64,000 nucleotides of DNA from an uncultured delta proteobacterium (GTDB lineage: Bacteria > Myxococcota_A > Polyangia > Polyangiales > Polyangiaceae). Below, in pieces: positions 41,561-51,502 of this stretch. The stretch's first letter is position 1, and every line of letters begins with the position of its first letter. The DNA is taken from contig CAWKKR010000007.1 in the NCBI GenBank assembly GCA_963850305.1, positions 160,001 through 224,000 on the forward strand. Reading direction: 5' to 3'. The position numbers and the translations under genes were made by a program. The notes beneath the pieces were generated by a model. The model did not search any database and was not told the origin of the DNA. It saw nothing but the letters and a program-made list of their open reading frames with translations.

Positions 41561-42675
41561 GATTTCCGAGGGGGGGCGCGCTGGCCGCTGCGACGTTCAT
41601 TATCGCCGGCTGCACGCGCCACGACCGTCCCGATCGCGCAAAGATCGAGCTGCCCGCCACGGCGGTCGAGTCGCTGCGCGCGCCGTCCCGTCCAGTCCCG
41701 GTCATTCCACCCCCGGGCGCTCCGTCGACCTTCGCCGATCTCGCCGCCCGCGCGAACCCGTCGGTCGTCTTCATCGAGACGGAGCAGGCCATGTTCGGTG
41801 GGGGACGCCGGATCGTCGCTGGCGGGGTGGGTAGCGGATTCTTCTTCGACGCAGGCGGGTTGATCCTCACGAACGACCATGTCGTCGCGAATGCGACGCG
41901 CATCGATGTCGTCATCGGGCAGGAGGATCGCCGTCGAGCAACGGTGGTGGGCTCCGACGCGCCAACGGACATCGCCGTGCTCCGGGTCGACGGCAGGGGC
42001 TTTCAGAGCCTGCCCCTCGGGGACTCCGACGTTAGTCGCGTGGGCGATTGGGTCCTCGCGATCGGCAATCCGTTCAGCCTGGCGCACACGGTGTCCGCGG
42101 GGATCTTGTCCGCCAAGGGGCGAACCAAGAGCGACGTGCGTGGGCTCGATCCGTCCGGGTACTACGATTATCTCCAGACGGATGCGAGCATCAACCCGGG
42201 AAACTCCGGAGGGCCTTTGCTCGATCTGTCGGGAAGAGTCATCGGTATCAATACGGCGATCAAGCCGGAGGCGAACAGCATCGGCTTCGCGATCCCCATC
42301 AACATGGTGAAGGAGCTGCTCCCGGCTCTCATCGAGCACGGCAAGGTGCGGCGGAGCGCCATGGGGATCGTCGTCGCATCAGTGCGCGAGGAGGACGTCA
42401 CGCGACTGGGCTTGCCCGCGAGAGCCGGCGCCATCGTGACGCGTATCGCAGCAGGCGGTCCCGGTGATCACGCGGGAGTACGCGTCGACGACGTGATCAT
42501 GGCGTTTCAGGGAGACCCGGTGGAATCACCGAATCGGATCCGCTGGGAAACGAGCGTTGCGGGAATCGGAAAGAAGGTAGACGTTCGAGTCTGGCGTGCA
42601 CGGCGCACGCTGGATCTGAGTGTTACCCTCGGGGAACTCATGGAATCCCCTGAGGAACCTTCGCAAGCGCCCTGA
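41557..42675 (+). CDS. HtrA/DegP-family serine protease with PDZ (lipoprotein)
   Basis: GSGF, TNDHV, DIAVL, AIGNP, LQTDASINPGNSGGPL, PDZ. Confidence 0.92.
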   Translation: MRFPRGGALAAATFIIAGCTRHDRPDRAKIELPATAVESLRAPSRPVPVIPPPGAPSTFADLAARANPSVVFIETEQAMFGGGRRIVAGGVGSGFFFDAGGLILTNDHVVANATRIDVVIGQEDRRRATVVGSDAPTDIAVLRVDGRGFQSLPLGDSDVSRVGDWVLAIGNPFSLAHTVSAGILSAKGRTKSDVRGLDPSGYYDYLQTDASINPGNSGGPLLDLSGRVIGINTAIKPEANSIGFAIPINMVKELLPALIEHGKVRRSAMGIVVASVREEDVTRLGLPARAGAIVTRIAAGGPGDHAGVRVDDVIMAFQGDPVESPNRIRWETSVAGIGKKVDVRVWRARRTLDLSVTLGELMESPEEPSQAP

Positions 42676-42725
42676 AGGTCGCGAGCGGCTGGGGAGAATC
42701 GGATGAGGCCCCCGTAGCATCGGGC

Positions 42726-43418
42726 GTGTCCATCACCCCAGCGTGCACGCGCTCCGAAGCCCCAGGCGGCTGCCGACCCGTGGAATCCCGTTCGGTGTCA
42801 CGAAAGGTCGAGGCCGAAGTGGATGGTCGCCTGGTGGTTCTCGCGCGCAGCGGGAACGTCCCGGCGTTCCGATCATTGGTCGAGCGCCATCGGCGGCGAG
42901 CCTTCGCCGTCGCAGTGAATTTGGTTCGCGACGAGCGCGATGCTCAAGAGGTCGTCCAGGAAGCGTTTCTTCGTGTTCATCGCGGGCTCGACTCCTTCGA
43001 AGGTGGCTCCGCTTTCTCCACATGGCTCTATCGAATCGTGACGAACCTGGCGATCGACGTCACCCGAAGGCCATCGCGTCGCGAAGCAGCGTCTCTCGAC
43101 GCGGACGACCTCGACGATCGAGTCGATCAACCGCTCCTGGCTCGCGTCGACGGTTCGGATCCCGTCGCCGCCATCCGGCGAATCGAGATTCGATCCGAGC
43201 TAGCCGCCGCGCTCGCCGCGCTCCCGCCTTACCACCGTGGCGTGATCCTGATGCGCGAAGTGGAAGGAATGAGCTACGAAGAGATGGCGGAGACGATGCA
43301 CGTTTCCAAGGGCACAATCATGAGCCGCCTCTTTCACGCCCGAAGAAAGCTCCAGCGGGCGCTAGCCCCCTGTTACGAAGAGCAAGTCGGCCCTGTTCGC
43401 CTCGAAGTGCCGGACTGA
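42726..43418 (+). CDS. ECF sigma factor (RpoE-like); true start may be slightly downstream
   Basis: DAQEVVQEAF, FSTWLYRI, MSYEEMA…GTIMSRLFHAR. Confidence 0.9.
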   Translation: MSITPACTRSEAPGGCRPVESRSVSRKVEAEVDGRLVVLARSGNVPAFRSLVERHRRRAFAVAVNLVRDERDAQEVVQEAFLRVHRGLDSFEGGSAFSTWLYRIVTNLAIDVTRRPSRREAASLDADDLDDRVDQPLLARVDGSDPVAAIRRIEIRSELAAALAALPPYHRGVILMREVEGMSYEEMAETMHVSKGTIMSRLFHARRKLQRALAPCYEEQVGPVRLEVPD

Positions 43419-43465
43419 CATCGCCCACCGAGTCGAGGGCATTGTCGGTTATTCTCGAGCGATCG

Positions 43466-43960
43466 ATGTCACGACTGCTCGTCTCGCTGGCGCTGTCGAG
43501 TGCGTTGTTCTGCCGAACGAGCGCCGCCGATCCGCTGAAGCGACCGTACCCCATCCCGTCCGTTTCGGAAGCGTCGAAGGCGCCGCATACTCACGAGCTC
43601 GAGATCCGGCTTCTTTACGCGAACAATGGAAACCGCGGAATCGACGCGTCGCTTCGCGATCTCCCAGAGCTCAAGGTCGCACCGTTCACGAGCTACAAGA
43701 CGTACCGGCTGCGAGAAGAAAGGCGCCTCGTATTGACCGGGCTGGCGACGAGCATTTTTCGCCTGCCGAATGGACGAACCCTGTCGTTCGCCGCCCGTTC
43801 GTCGATGAAGTTTGCGTTATCCGCGAACGTGGACCGCTCCGACGGACCCGGCACTCTGCCGCTGTTCGACGTGGATGTTGGTCCGAAGCGAACCTTCCTG
43901 ATCCCCTGCCAGGGCTACGAGACGGGTCTGCTGCTCTTGGTGGTGCGCGTCATCCGCTGA
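43466..43960 (+). CDS. Hypothetical exported protein
   Basis: Signal-like N-terminus; IDASL…PFTSYKTY, LPNG. Confidence 0.65.
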   Translation: MSRLLVSLALSSALFCRTSAADPLKRPYPIPSVSEASKAPHTHELEIRLLYANNGNRGIDASLRDLPELKVAPFTSYKTYRLREERRLVLTGLATSIFRLPNGRTLSFAARSSMKFALSANVDRSDGPGTLPLFDVDVGPKRTFLIPCQGYETGLLLLVVRVIR

Positions 43961-43967
43961 GCCGAAG

Positions 43968-44576
43968 TCAGGGTTCGCGCACGAGCACGAAATAGTGGTC
44001 GAGCATCTTCTCGACCTTGAATGCCGCGCCGATGCTCACGTGGTTCGACACTCTGCGCATGAAATCTCGCGTGCGGTGATAGACGTACTTTTGGAGCCCC
44101 TGCGTGTTGGGGATGACCGGTGGCCAATCGGGCGCGACCTTTCCGTCGGGGATCTGGAAGTAGTCGACGACGACGGCCCCGCGTTCCTTCCAGGTCGGAT
44201 TCCCGCTGGTTCCAACGGCGACGAAGAAACCCGGGCCGACGGTTTTGATGAAGGGCGACTGGTTATATCCGAACAAGCACTCCGCTCGATTCTCCGGTCT
44301 ACAGAAGCGCTTCTCGAATAACTGGAGCGGGCGGGGCATGGGGAGCGTGTTTCTCCCCCGGTGGCGTACGGTTTCGAGAGACGGTCGATCGCTCGGTACG
44401 AAGTCGTCGAGGGTGATCGGCCTCGAGGAGGCGGCCTTGCGATAGAGTGCGCGCTGCCCATTCCTGTCGAGTGAGTGTGCGCTTTCGAGTCGCTCTTGCG
44501 GTGAAGCAGAGTCGAGCCGTTCGGCGATCGCTTCGACGGTCACGGAATCATCCAACACGAGTGCTTTCAGGTCCAC
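43968..44576 (-). CDS. Hypothetical protein
   Basis: GRNTLP, FEKRFCR, GYN, GPGFF, DFMRRVS. GGAGG upstream of the GTG. Confidence 0.7.
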   Translation of the reverse strand: MDLKALVLDDSVTVEAIAERLDSASPQERLESAHSLDRNGQRALYRKAASSRPITLDDFVPSDRPSLETVRHRGRNTLPMPRPLQLFEKRFCRPENRAECLFGYNQSPFIKTVGPGFFVAVGTSGNPTWKERGAVVVDYFQIPDGKVAPDWPPVIPNTQGLQKYVYHRTRDFMRRVSNHVSIGAAFKVEKMLDHYFVLVREP

Positions 44577-44731
44577 GGCAGTCAATGCCTCCCGTCGCGA
44601 GAGTAGCCGACGAGCGCCGGAATACTTGAACGATTCGGTTCCTCGACCGTGCGGACCACGAAAACCGACGCGGCCGTCGTTACGACCGGATCGTTCAAGA
44701 TTGGGCCGCGGGTCGTGATACACGTCGTGGA

Positions 44732-45175
44732 ATGACGCTGCTCGGCTTCGAACGCCGGTGGCTTTTGCTCATCTTCAGGACAGTCGCGCCGTTCGAAGGG
44801 GACGGGTCGACTGCGGGCCTGACCCACGTGCCGATGGGCGAGCTCCTCGACGACCTGGTCCGTAACGCGCCTGCGCACTTCCTGCTCGGCCTCCGTGCGT
44901 GCCTCTGGGTCGTGATGCTCGCGCCTCCGTTCGTGCTCGGACGTCTCGCGTCGTTCGTGACACTTGCCCGCGAGGAACGCCTGGCGTTGCTCGAGCGACT
45001 CGGACAGAGCGACATCTACGTCATTCGTGAGATGCCCATGCTCTTCAAGACCGTGGCCTGTCTCGGGTATTGCGGGCTTCCGGAGGTGCAGAGGCGCGTC
45101 GGTATTCATCCGACTGACGCGACCCCGCCATCCTGGGCTCGGCGTGGGCTGCCGATGGCGGGACCGCGAACATGA
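44732..45175 (+). CDS. Hypothetical protein coupled to GMC oxidoreductase (small-subunit-like)
   Basis: ATGA overlap with the GMC gene; F..L..EER…L, K…LGY…PEV…G pattern. Confidence 0.65.
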   Translation: MTLLGFERRWLLLIFRTVAPFEGDGSTAGLTHVPMGELLDDLVRNAPAHFLLGLRACLWVVMLAPPFVLGRLASFVTLAREERLALLERLGQSDIYVIREMPMLFKTVACLGYCGLPEVQRRVGIHPTDATPPSWARRGLPMAGPRT

Positions 45176-46707
45176 GCGTGGGAGCCATCGTTCGCTTCGC
45201 CGACGTGGCCAGCAAGAAATCCGTCGACGATCAGGCCGACGTCGTCGTCATCGGCTCGGGCGCCGCCGGCGCAACGGCGGCGCGCGTGCTCTCCGAGGCA
45301 GGTCTCGAAGTGGTGGTGCTCGAGGAAGGTCCGTACGTCCCGACCGAAGCCCTGCGCAGCGACATGTACACGAGTTTTCGTACGGTGTGGCGCGACATGG
45401 GCTTTCAAGTCGCCGAGGGACGTGCGTTTACGCCGATCCTCCAGGGGTCGTGCGTCGGCGGGACCACGACCATCAACGGCGCGATCATTCATCGCATGCC
45501 AAAAGCCATCCACGACGCCTGGCGTACCGAGCACGGGCTCGGCGATGGGCTCCCGTACGCCGAGCTCGACCGAATCTGGGATCGCCTCGACGACGAGCTA
45601 TCCGTTGGCCCCGCGCCCGACGACGTGTTCGGAAAAAATAACGCGCTGATGGAGCGAGCGATCGCACGGCTCGGACTCACCGGAAATCGCATCCGCCGGA
45701 ACGTCAAGGGATGCCAGGGCTCGGCGCATTGCAATCAAGGATGCCCGACCGCTCGCCGTCAGAGCATGAACAACTCGTACATCCCGCGTGCCGTCGCGAA
45801 CGGCGCGCGGGTCTACGCCGACTGTCGTGCGGAGCGACTCGTCGTGCGCGATGGACGGGCCGGCGGGGTCACGGCGCGGTTCCGGGATCGTACAACGCGG
45901 CGTTTCGGTCCCGCCATGACCGTCGCCGCGCGCCGCGGGGTGGTGCTCGCTGCCAGCGCGATCCAGTCACCCCTGTTCCTGATCGACAACAAGATCGGGC
46001 GAAAGTCGAGCATGGTCGGGAGGCGGCTCCAGACCCATCCCGGAACGGGCGTCGTGGGCGTCTTCGACGAACCCGTCGAGATGTGGTTCGGCGCGACCCA
46101 GGGTTACGAGTCGACCCATTTCTGGAACGAGCGGATGAAGTTCGAGACCGTCAGCATGCCCTTGGAGTTCGGCGCCGCTCGGCTTCCTGGGGTTGGCGCG
46201 GATTTGATGAAGCACCTGTCCTCGTACGGTAATCTGGCGATCTGGGGCGTTCAGATCCGGGCCCGCAGTCACGGCAGAGTCCGTCGTGGAAGGCTGACGC
46301 CGAAGGTGATCGAATTCGATCTCCAGGACGAGGATGTCCGCGATCTGAAGCTGGGGGTGAAGCGGCTCATCGAGATGATGTTCGCTGCGGGAGCGAGGGA
46401 GGTCTTGCCCGGCGTGCACGGTTTGCCAGAGCGCATTCGGAGCATGGATGAAGCGGCGGCGCTCCCCGATCTACCGGACGACCCGCGTAGATTTCATTGC
46501 ATCGCGGCGCATCTCTTCGGAACCGCGGTTCTCGGTTCGGACCCCGCCGCGAGCGTCGTGGGTCCGGACTGCCAGGCACACGATCTTCCGGGCCTCTACG
46601 TCACCGACTCGAGTGTGTTTCCCACGAACATGGGTGTGAATCCGCAACACTCGATCTGCGCCGTTTCATGGCTCGTCGCCGAACGCATCGCGAACGAAGC
46701 AAGCTGA
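45172..46707 (+). CDS. GMC family oxidoreductase
   Basis: IGSGAAG, LEEG, CVGGTTTING, CxGSxxCxxGCP, AHLFGT, DSSVFPT..GVNP. Confidence 0.9.
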   Translation: MSVGAIVRFADVASKKSVDDQADVVVIGSGAAGATAARVLSEAGLEVVVLEEGPYVPTEALRSDMYTSFRTVWRDMGFQVAEGRAFTPILQGSCVGGTTTINGAIIHRMPKAIHDAWRTEHGLGDGLPYAELDRIWDRLDDELSVGPAPDDVFGKNNALMERAIARLGLTGNRIRRNVKGCQGSAHCNQGCPTARRQSMNNSYIPRAVANGARVYADCRAERLVVRDGRAGGVTARFRDRTTRRFGPAMTVAARRGVVLAASAIQSPLFLIDNKIGRKSSMVGRRLQTHPGTGVVGVFDEPVEMWFGATQGYESTHFWNERMKFETVSMPLEFGAARLPGVGADLMKHLSSYGNLAIWGVQIRARSHGRVRRGRLTPKVIEFDLQDEDVRDLKLGVKRLIEMMFAAGAREVLPGVHGLPERIRSMDEAAALPDLPDDPRRFHCIAAHLFGTAVLGSDPAASVVGPDCQAHDLPGLYVTDSSVFPTNMGVNPQHSICAVSWLVAERIANEAS

Positions 46708-46720
46708 GCCGATAGGGCGC

Positions 46721-47929
46721 TCAACCTCTCGTCGGGACCGGGAGCGTCAGTGTGAATGTCGTCCCTTCGCCCGGTGTACTCACGGCTTCGACCTTGCCGC
46801 CGTGAGCTTCGACGATTTCCCGGACGATCGACAGACCGAGTCCGGTGCCCCTGCCGGGTTCCTTCGTCGTGAAGAACGGCTCGAAGATCCGCTCGAGTGT
46901 CTCCCTGGGGATGCCGACTCCGTCGTCCGTGACTTCGATCGACAGTCGTGAGCCGTCCTCGGCGCTCCGCGTGCGCACGAGAAGACGTCCGCCGCGCCCG
47001 GTCATGGCATGAGCCGAGTTCGTGAAGAGGTTGACGAACACCTGAGTGAGCGGCCCTGCTTGACCGAATAGTGCGGGCGCCCCACCCGAATAATCGACCG
47101 AAAATTGGATGGCGTGACGCTCGAGCTCGTGCGCCGTGAATGAGAGCGCTTGCGACACGACCTCGTGGATGGCGACGGCGCCGGGTTCCTCACTTGCCGG
47201 TCGCGCGTACTGGACGAGGTCGCGACTGAATTTCAAAATGCGATCCGCCGCGGTTCCGATGCGCCTCAGATGTTCGAGCTCGTCTTGTGGCATGGCCGTC
47301 GCGCGTCGAAGCAAGAACTCGGTGCACGCCACGATGGAGGTCACCGGATTCGCCAGTTCGTGCACCACGCCCGCGACAATCTGCCCGAGCGACGCCAGCT
47401 TTTCGGCCTGAATGAGCTGGGCGCGAAGGTCCTTCAGCTCGGCCGATATCGGCCTCGCCTTCTTCAGCGAGATCGCCGTGCGGATGCAGAACGCAATCAG
47501 GCTTGCAGCCCGTTCGACGACCGGTCGTATCGCTGGATCCTCCGCGATGTCTTCGCTGGTCGCACCGACGTGTAAAGTCGAATCGGCCAGACCCGGCAAT
47601 CCGACGATCAATTCGGCATTCAACGCCGGAAATAGTCGCGTCGGATCTCGTCCGGGGTCCGCCATGCCCGGGGGCAGCGACATTTCGACGATTGGCGTGT
47701 CGTCGGCCCCGATACAAACGCCGAGGGCGCAATCCGGCACGACGCGAGCCAATGCGTCGACGAGCTGGCGCGCCACGGCCGTCGGTCCGGCCTCCAGATG
47801 GATCCGTGTGACCAGACTGAGCAGATCCGCATGCACGCCTTCGGCGTCGAAGCCCCGGACGCGTGTGGACTCGACGGCGCTGGTCGGGTTCTCCGTCGGG
47901 TCCGTGACGTTCAGCGCAACGATCTTCAT
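46721..47929 (-). CDS. Sensor histidine kinase
   Basis: [47 protein letters not shown]. Confidence 0.9.
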   Translation of the reverse strand: MKIVALNVTDPTENPTSAVESTRVRGFDAEGVHADLLSLVTRIHLEAGPTAVARQLVDALARVVPDCALGVCIGADDTPIVEMSLPPGMADPGRDPTRLFPALNAELIVGLPGLADSTLHVGATSEDIAEDPAIRPVVERAASLIAFCIRTAISLKKARPISAELKDLRAQLIQAEKLASLGQIVAGVVHELANPVTSIVACTEFLLRRATAMPQDELEHLRRIGTAADRILKFSRDLVQYARPASEEPGAVAIHEVVSQALSFTAHELERHAIQFSVDYSGGAPALFGQAGPLTQVFVNLFTNSAHAMTGRGGRLLVRTRSAEDGSRLSIEVTDDGVGIPRETLERIFEPFFTTKEPGRGTGLGLSIVREIVEAHGGKVEAVSTPGEGTTFTLTLPVPTRG

Positions 47930-49947
47930 CGGCGTATCCCTTTTACGTCCCCCTCGCTCGTGGCCTTGTCGAGATCCAGGATCTTCGCGCCACCGACGTA
48001 GCTCTTCGTCTCGTACTTCGTGATCTTCCCGATCTTTCGCACGATCTCGGCCATTCGCTCGGCCTGCGTGATGATGATATTTGCGGCGTTGTGTAGTGAC
48101 GATTCCGCCTCGAGCCGGCGGCAGAGCAACTCGGCGTACCCGATGATGCTCGTCAACGGCTGATTCAATTCGTGGGCCGCCGCTCCGGCGAGCTCCGCCA
48201 CGGCCGCGTGTTTCTCGCGCTCGCGGAGCTCCTCCTGCGCGCGCAGGAGCTTGGCCTCCATTCGGAGCTTGTCGCGGATATCGGTGAAAATCCCCACGGA
48301 GCCAACGGGATGGTCGTTCTCCATGATCAGCGCCGCCGAGAGTTTCACGGCAATGACTTCGCCCGCGGAATTCAGCATGTCGACGCGGTAATCCTCGAGG
48401 CGCGCGGGACCGCAGACCGCGGGGTCCCGGATCTTCCGCATGACCTCGCGTGCGACGCCCGTCGGGTAGAGTTTCTCCACGGACATCTTTCCGATCACTT
48501 CGCTCGGCTCGTAACCGAATACTCGAGCGGCCGCGCGATTGAAGAGGAGGACGCGGCCGTCGAGACTGGCGGATACGATGGCATCGACGGAGCTCTCGAT
48601 CACCCGCTCGAAGAACTCCTTCGTCTGCTTCAGCTCGATTTCCGTCTTTCGCTCCTGCGTGACATCGCGAAACGTGAAGAGAACTGCGCCCTCTTCGCGA
48701 AGCACCGAGCTGAAATTGACGCTCAGCACCACGTCTTGACCCTGTTTGCGCCGGATGCGAACGTCCACGCCCTGGGGATAGATGCTCTCGCGAAATCCTC
48801 GCGCGAGGCGCAGGGCTCGCCGCTGTTCTTCCAGCGAGAGGACCTCGTTCATCTTGATCTCGGCGAGATCCGTCTCCGAGAAGCCGGTGATCTCTCGAGC
48901 CCGAGGATTTGCAAACAGGACTCGCCCGGTTTGCGCGATGACGACGATGCCATCGGCCGCGCTCTCGAAGAAATCGCGGTAGCGCTGGAAAAGCTGCATC
49001 CTGTGCTCGGCTTCTTCGCGCGCCTCGACGTTCTCTTGTTTTTCCCTTCGGAGCTCTTGCAATATCTTCGCGTTGCGGAGCGAGATCGTGGTCGCATTCG
49101 AGACCGTCTGGAGCAGGGTCATTTCGTCGTCCGTGAACGCAACCGGCCGTCGTGCTCGCAGAAAGAGGACTCCCAGGGCGCGTCCCTCGTGGACCAGTGG
49201 CAGTAGCGCGAGCGACGCGAAGCCGACGACGCCGTCGCGCTGACGAACCACGTCCAGCAACGAATGGCTCGCAGCGTCGCGGATGACGAGCGTCGTCCCG
49301 GAGCTCAGCGCTTCCTGGATTTCAGGATACCTCGCGAGATTGATGGGCAGATCGCGAAGTTGTTCATCGTCGCTGGTCGCCACCACGTATCCGAGATCGG
49401 AGCGCTCGCCGAGGAGCACGAGGCTGCATCGATCGACCTTTGCGATCGCCGCAAGGCGGGTCACGAGCGTGAACAAGATCTCTCGAATGTCCAGGCGGGA
49501 CGCCAGCGTCTGAATGAGTTCCACGACCGTTCTGAGGTCCTGCTCCCGCTCCGACAGGCGCTCGACGTAATCGCGGATCCGCAGTTGCCCGCGCACGCGA
49601 GCGACGAGCTCGGAAGCCCGGAGCGGCTTGTGGACATAGTCGTCGGCGCCCGACGCGAAGGCGCGTTCGACCTCCTCGTCCGTGTCGAAGGCCGTCATGA
49701 CGACGACGGGCAGCGCCTCCAGGCGTGGGCTTTCTCGGATCTTCCGGAGGACGGCGTAACCGTCCAGACCCGGCAAGATCAGATCGAGCAATACGACGGC
49801 AGGCACCTCACCTTCGAGCCAGGTCAGGGCGGCCTGGCCATCGCAGACGCCAACCGCGGGTAGCCCCGCCTGTCCGAGCCAATCGACGACGACTTGGCGG
49901 CTCGCCGGGCTGTCTTCTACGACGAGGATCGGCTCGCTCGGACGCAA
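47926..49947 (-). CDS. REC-GAF-PAS-PAS-HisKA protein lacking HATPase
   Basis: VVEDS…LLDLILP…KP receiver, GAF, two PAS, AAHELNQPL, then ends about 75 aa later. Confidence 0.85.
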   Translation of the reverse strand: MRPSEPILVVEDSPASRQVVVDWLGQAGLPAVGVCDGQAALTWLEGEVPAVVLLDLILPGLDGYAVLRKIRESPRLEALPVVVMTAFDTDEEVERAFASGADDYVHKPLRASELVARVRGQLRIRDYVERLSEREQDLRTVVELIQTLASRLDIREILFTLVTRLAAIAKVDRCSLVLLGERSDLGYVVATSDDEQLRDLPINLARYPEIQEALSSGTTLVIRDAASHSLLDVVRQRDGVVGFASLALLPLVHEGRALGVLFLRARRPVAFTDDEMTLLQTVSNATTISLRNAKILQELRREKQENVEAREEAEHRMQLFQRYRDFFESAADGIVVIAQTGRVLFANPRAREITGFSETDLAEIKMNEVLSLEEQRRALRLARGFRESIYPQGVDVRIRRKQGQDVVLSVNFSSVLREEGAVLFTFRDVTQERKTEIELKQTKEFFERVIESSVDAIVSASLDGRVLLFNRAAARVFGYEPSEVIGKMSVEKLYPTGVAREVMRKIRDPAVCGPARLEDYRVDMLNSAGEVIAVKLSAALIMENDHPVGSVGIFTDIRDKLRMEAKLLRAQEELREREKHAAVAELAGAAAHELNQPLTSIIGYAELLCRRLEAESSLHNAANIIITQAERMAEIVRKIGKITKYETKSYVGGAKILDLDKATSEGDVKGIRR

Positions 49948-50011
49948 GATGACCAGATCCTAGGACGAGTAGACCACCGCGCGCAAACCCGGGGGAAATT
50001 ACGCCGTCGAC

Positions 50012-51502
50012 TCAGTCGGTCATCGAATCTGAAACCGTTTCGATTTTGAGGCCGACTTTCGAGAGCTGAGCCGCGACGGCGCTGCGATCTCCCACGATGA
50101 CGACGACCGAGTGATCGGGGTCGAGCCGCCGGGCTTCCGCGGCCACGGTCACGGGCGTCGCCGCATCCAGCAGTGCCGGATATTTCCCGTAATAGTCACT
50201 GTCGAGGTTCTCGAGGAATAGATCCTCGACGCGGTCGCCTACATCATCCGTGTCGGACAGCGTGGCGCCGAGGTGCTGTTTCAGGTCCACGCGCGCGAGC
50301 GCCACTTCGGCGTCCGTGATCGGCCGTCCGAGGGCGGGGTCCTTTGCCTTGGTCAGTTCCGAGAGCGCCTCGGACAGCGCCGGCCCAGTCACGTCGGTAC
50401 GCACCGACGTCATGACCGCGAACGCCCCCCAGTCGCGTGTCGCGAGATCGAGCGAATTCGCGCCGTAGGTGAATGCGTTCTTCTCCCTCAAGTTCATGTT
50501 CAACCGCGACGTGAATACCCCGCCGAGCAAATCGTTCAAGAGCTCGCGCGACTCGTACCCTGGCGCGGAGCGCTTCGGGAACGACTGGGCGACGAAAAGG
50601 GCGCTTTGAACGGCACCGGGCCGATCTACGAAAAAAATCTCGTGCGCGGGCGAGGCGCCGATGCTCGCGTCCGCAGCGGGCTTCGGATTCGAGGCGTGCC
50701 ATGCACCAAAGAGTTCCTTCGCGATGGGTCGTACGTCCGCAAGTGTGATGTCTCCAACGACCACGAGGGCCAGGTTGTTCGGAACGAAGTGTGTCTCGTA
50801 GAACTCGACGAGGTCCCGTCGCCGGAGGCCTGCGATGTCGTGGCGCGAGCCGTTCACCGGCGCGCCGACTGCCTTTCCGAGCAGCAATCGGAGCCCCACT
50901 ACCGCGGAAAGGCGGCCCGGACTCTGGCGCTCGGCTTCGATCGAATCGAGCCATTCGTGGCGCACCCGCTCGATTTCATCGGTCGCGAAAGCCGGCTTCT
51001 GCGCCACCTCGGCCAACAACGACAGTCCGTTCCGGAGATCTTCACGCAGCGTCGTCATGCCAAGGCGCACGTAATCGCGGCCGGCGGATTCCTCGAGGGT
51101 CGTTCCCATCGATTCGACGGCCTCCGCGAGCGCCAGCGATCCGTGCTTCGCGGTTCCCTCCGTCATGAGACGAACCGTGAATGCCGAAAGTCCGCTCTTG
51201 CCGACCGGCAGGCGACTCGCTGCGCTCTTGGCGACCAGCGACATGGTCACGACACCAGCCTTTTTGTCGACCACGTACAGGGTCAAGCCATTGTCCAGAC
51301 GCGCGGTCTGCACGTCCGGGTACGGATGGTCCACGAGCTTGCCCGTCGGCGGACGCGTGTCGCGCCAGGCGTCCGGATCGGGGATCGGCGCTGCCGCGGG
51401 TTTCACCGTCGGCGGCTTTGCGGGGACGAGCGCCGTTCGCGTCGTGCTCGCGCTGCACGCGACGGCGAGTGCCGCCGCGAGAATGGTGCAAGGCCGATTC
51501 AT
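50012..51502 (-). CDS. M16 family peptidase, non-catalytic-type subunit (lipoprotein)
   Basis: LDNGL, SRLNMNLREKNAFTYG; no HxxEH. Confidence 0.85.
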   Translation of the reverse strand: MNRPCTILAAALAVACSASTTRTALVPAKPPTVKPAAAPIPDPDAWRDTRPPTGKLVDHPYPDVQTARLDNGLTLYVVDKKAGVVTMSLVAKSAASRLPVGKSGLSAFTVRLMTEGTAKHGSLALAEAVESMGTTLEESAGRDYVRLGMTTLREDLRNGLSLLAEVAQKPAFATDEIERVRHEWLDSIEAERQSPGRLSAVVGLRLLLGKAVGAPVNGSRHDIAGLRRRDLVEFYETHFVPNNLALVVVGDITLADVRPIAKELFGAWHASNPKPAADASIGASPAHEIFFVDRPGAVQSALFVAQSFPKRSAPGYESRELLNDLLGGVFTSRLNMNLREKNAFTYGANSLDLATRDWGAFAVMTSVRTDVTGPALSEALSELTKAKDPALGRPITDAEVALARVDLKQHLGATLSDTDDVGDRVEDLFLENLDSDYYGKYPALLDAATPVTVAAEARRLDPDHSVVVIVGDRSAVAAQLSKVGLKIETVSDSMTD

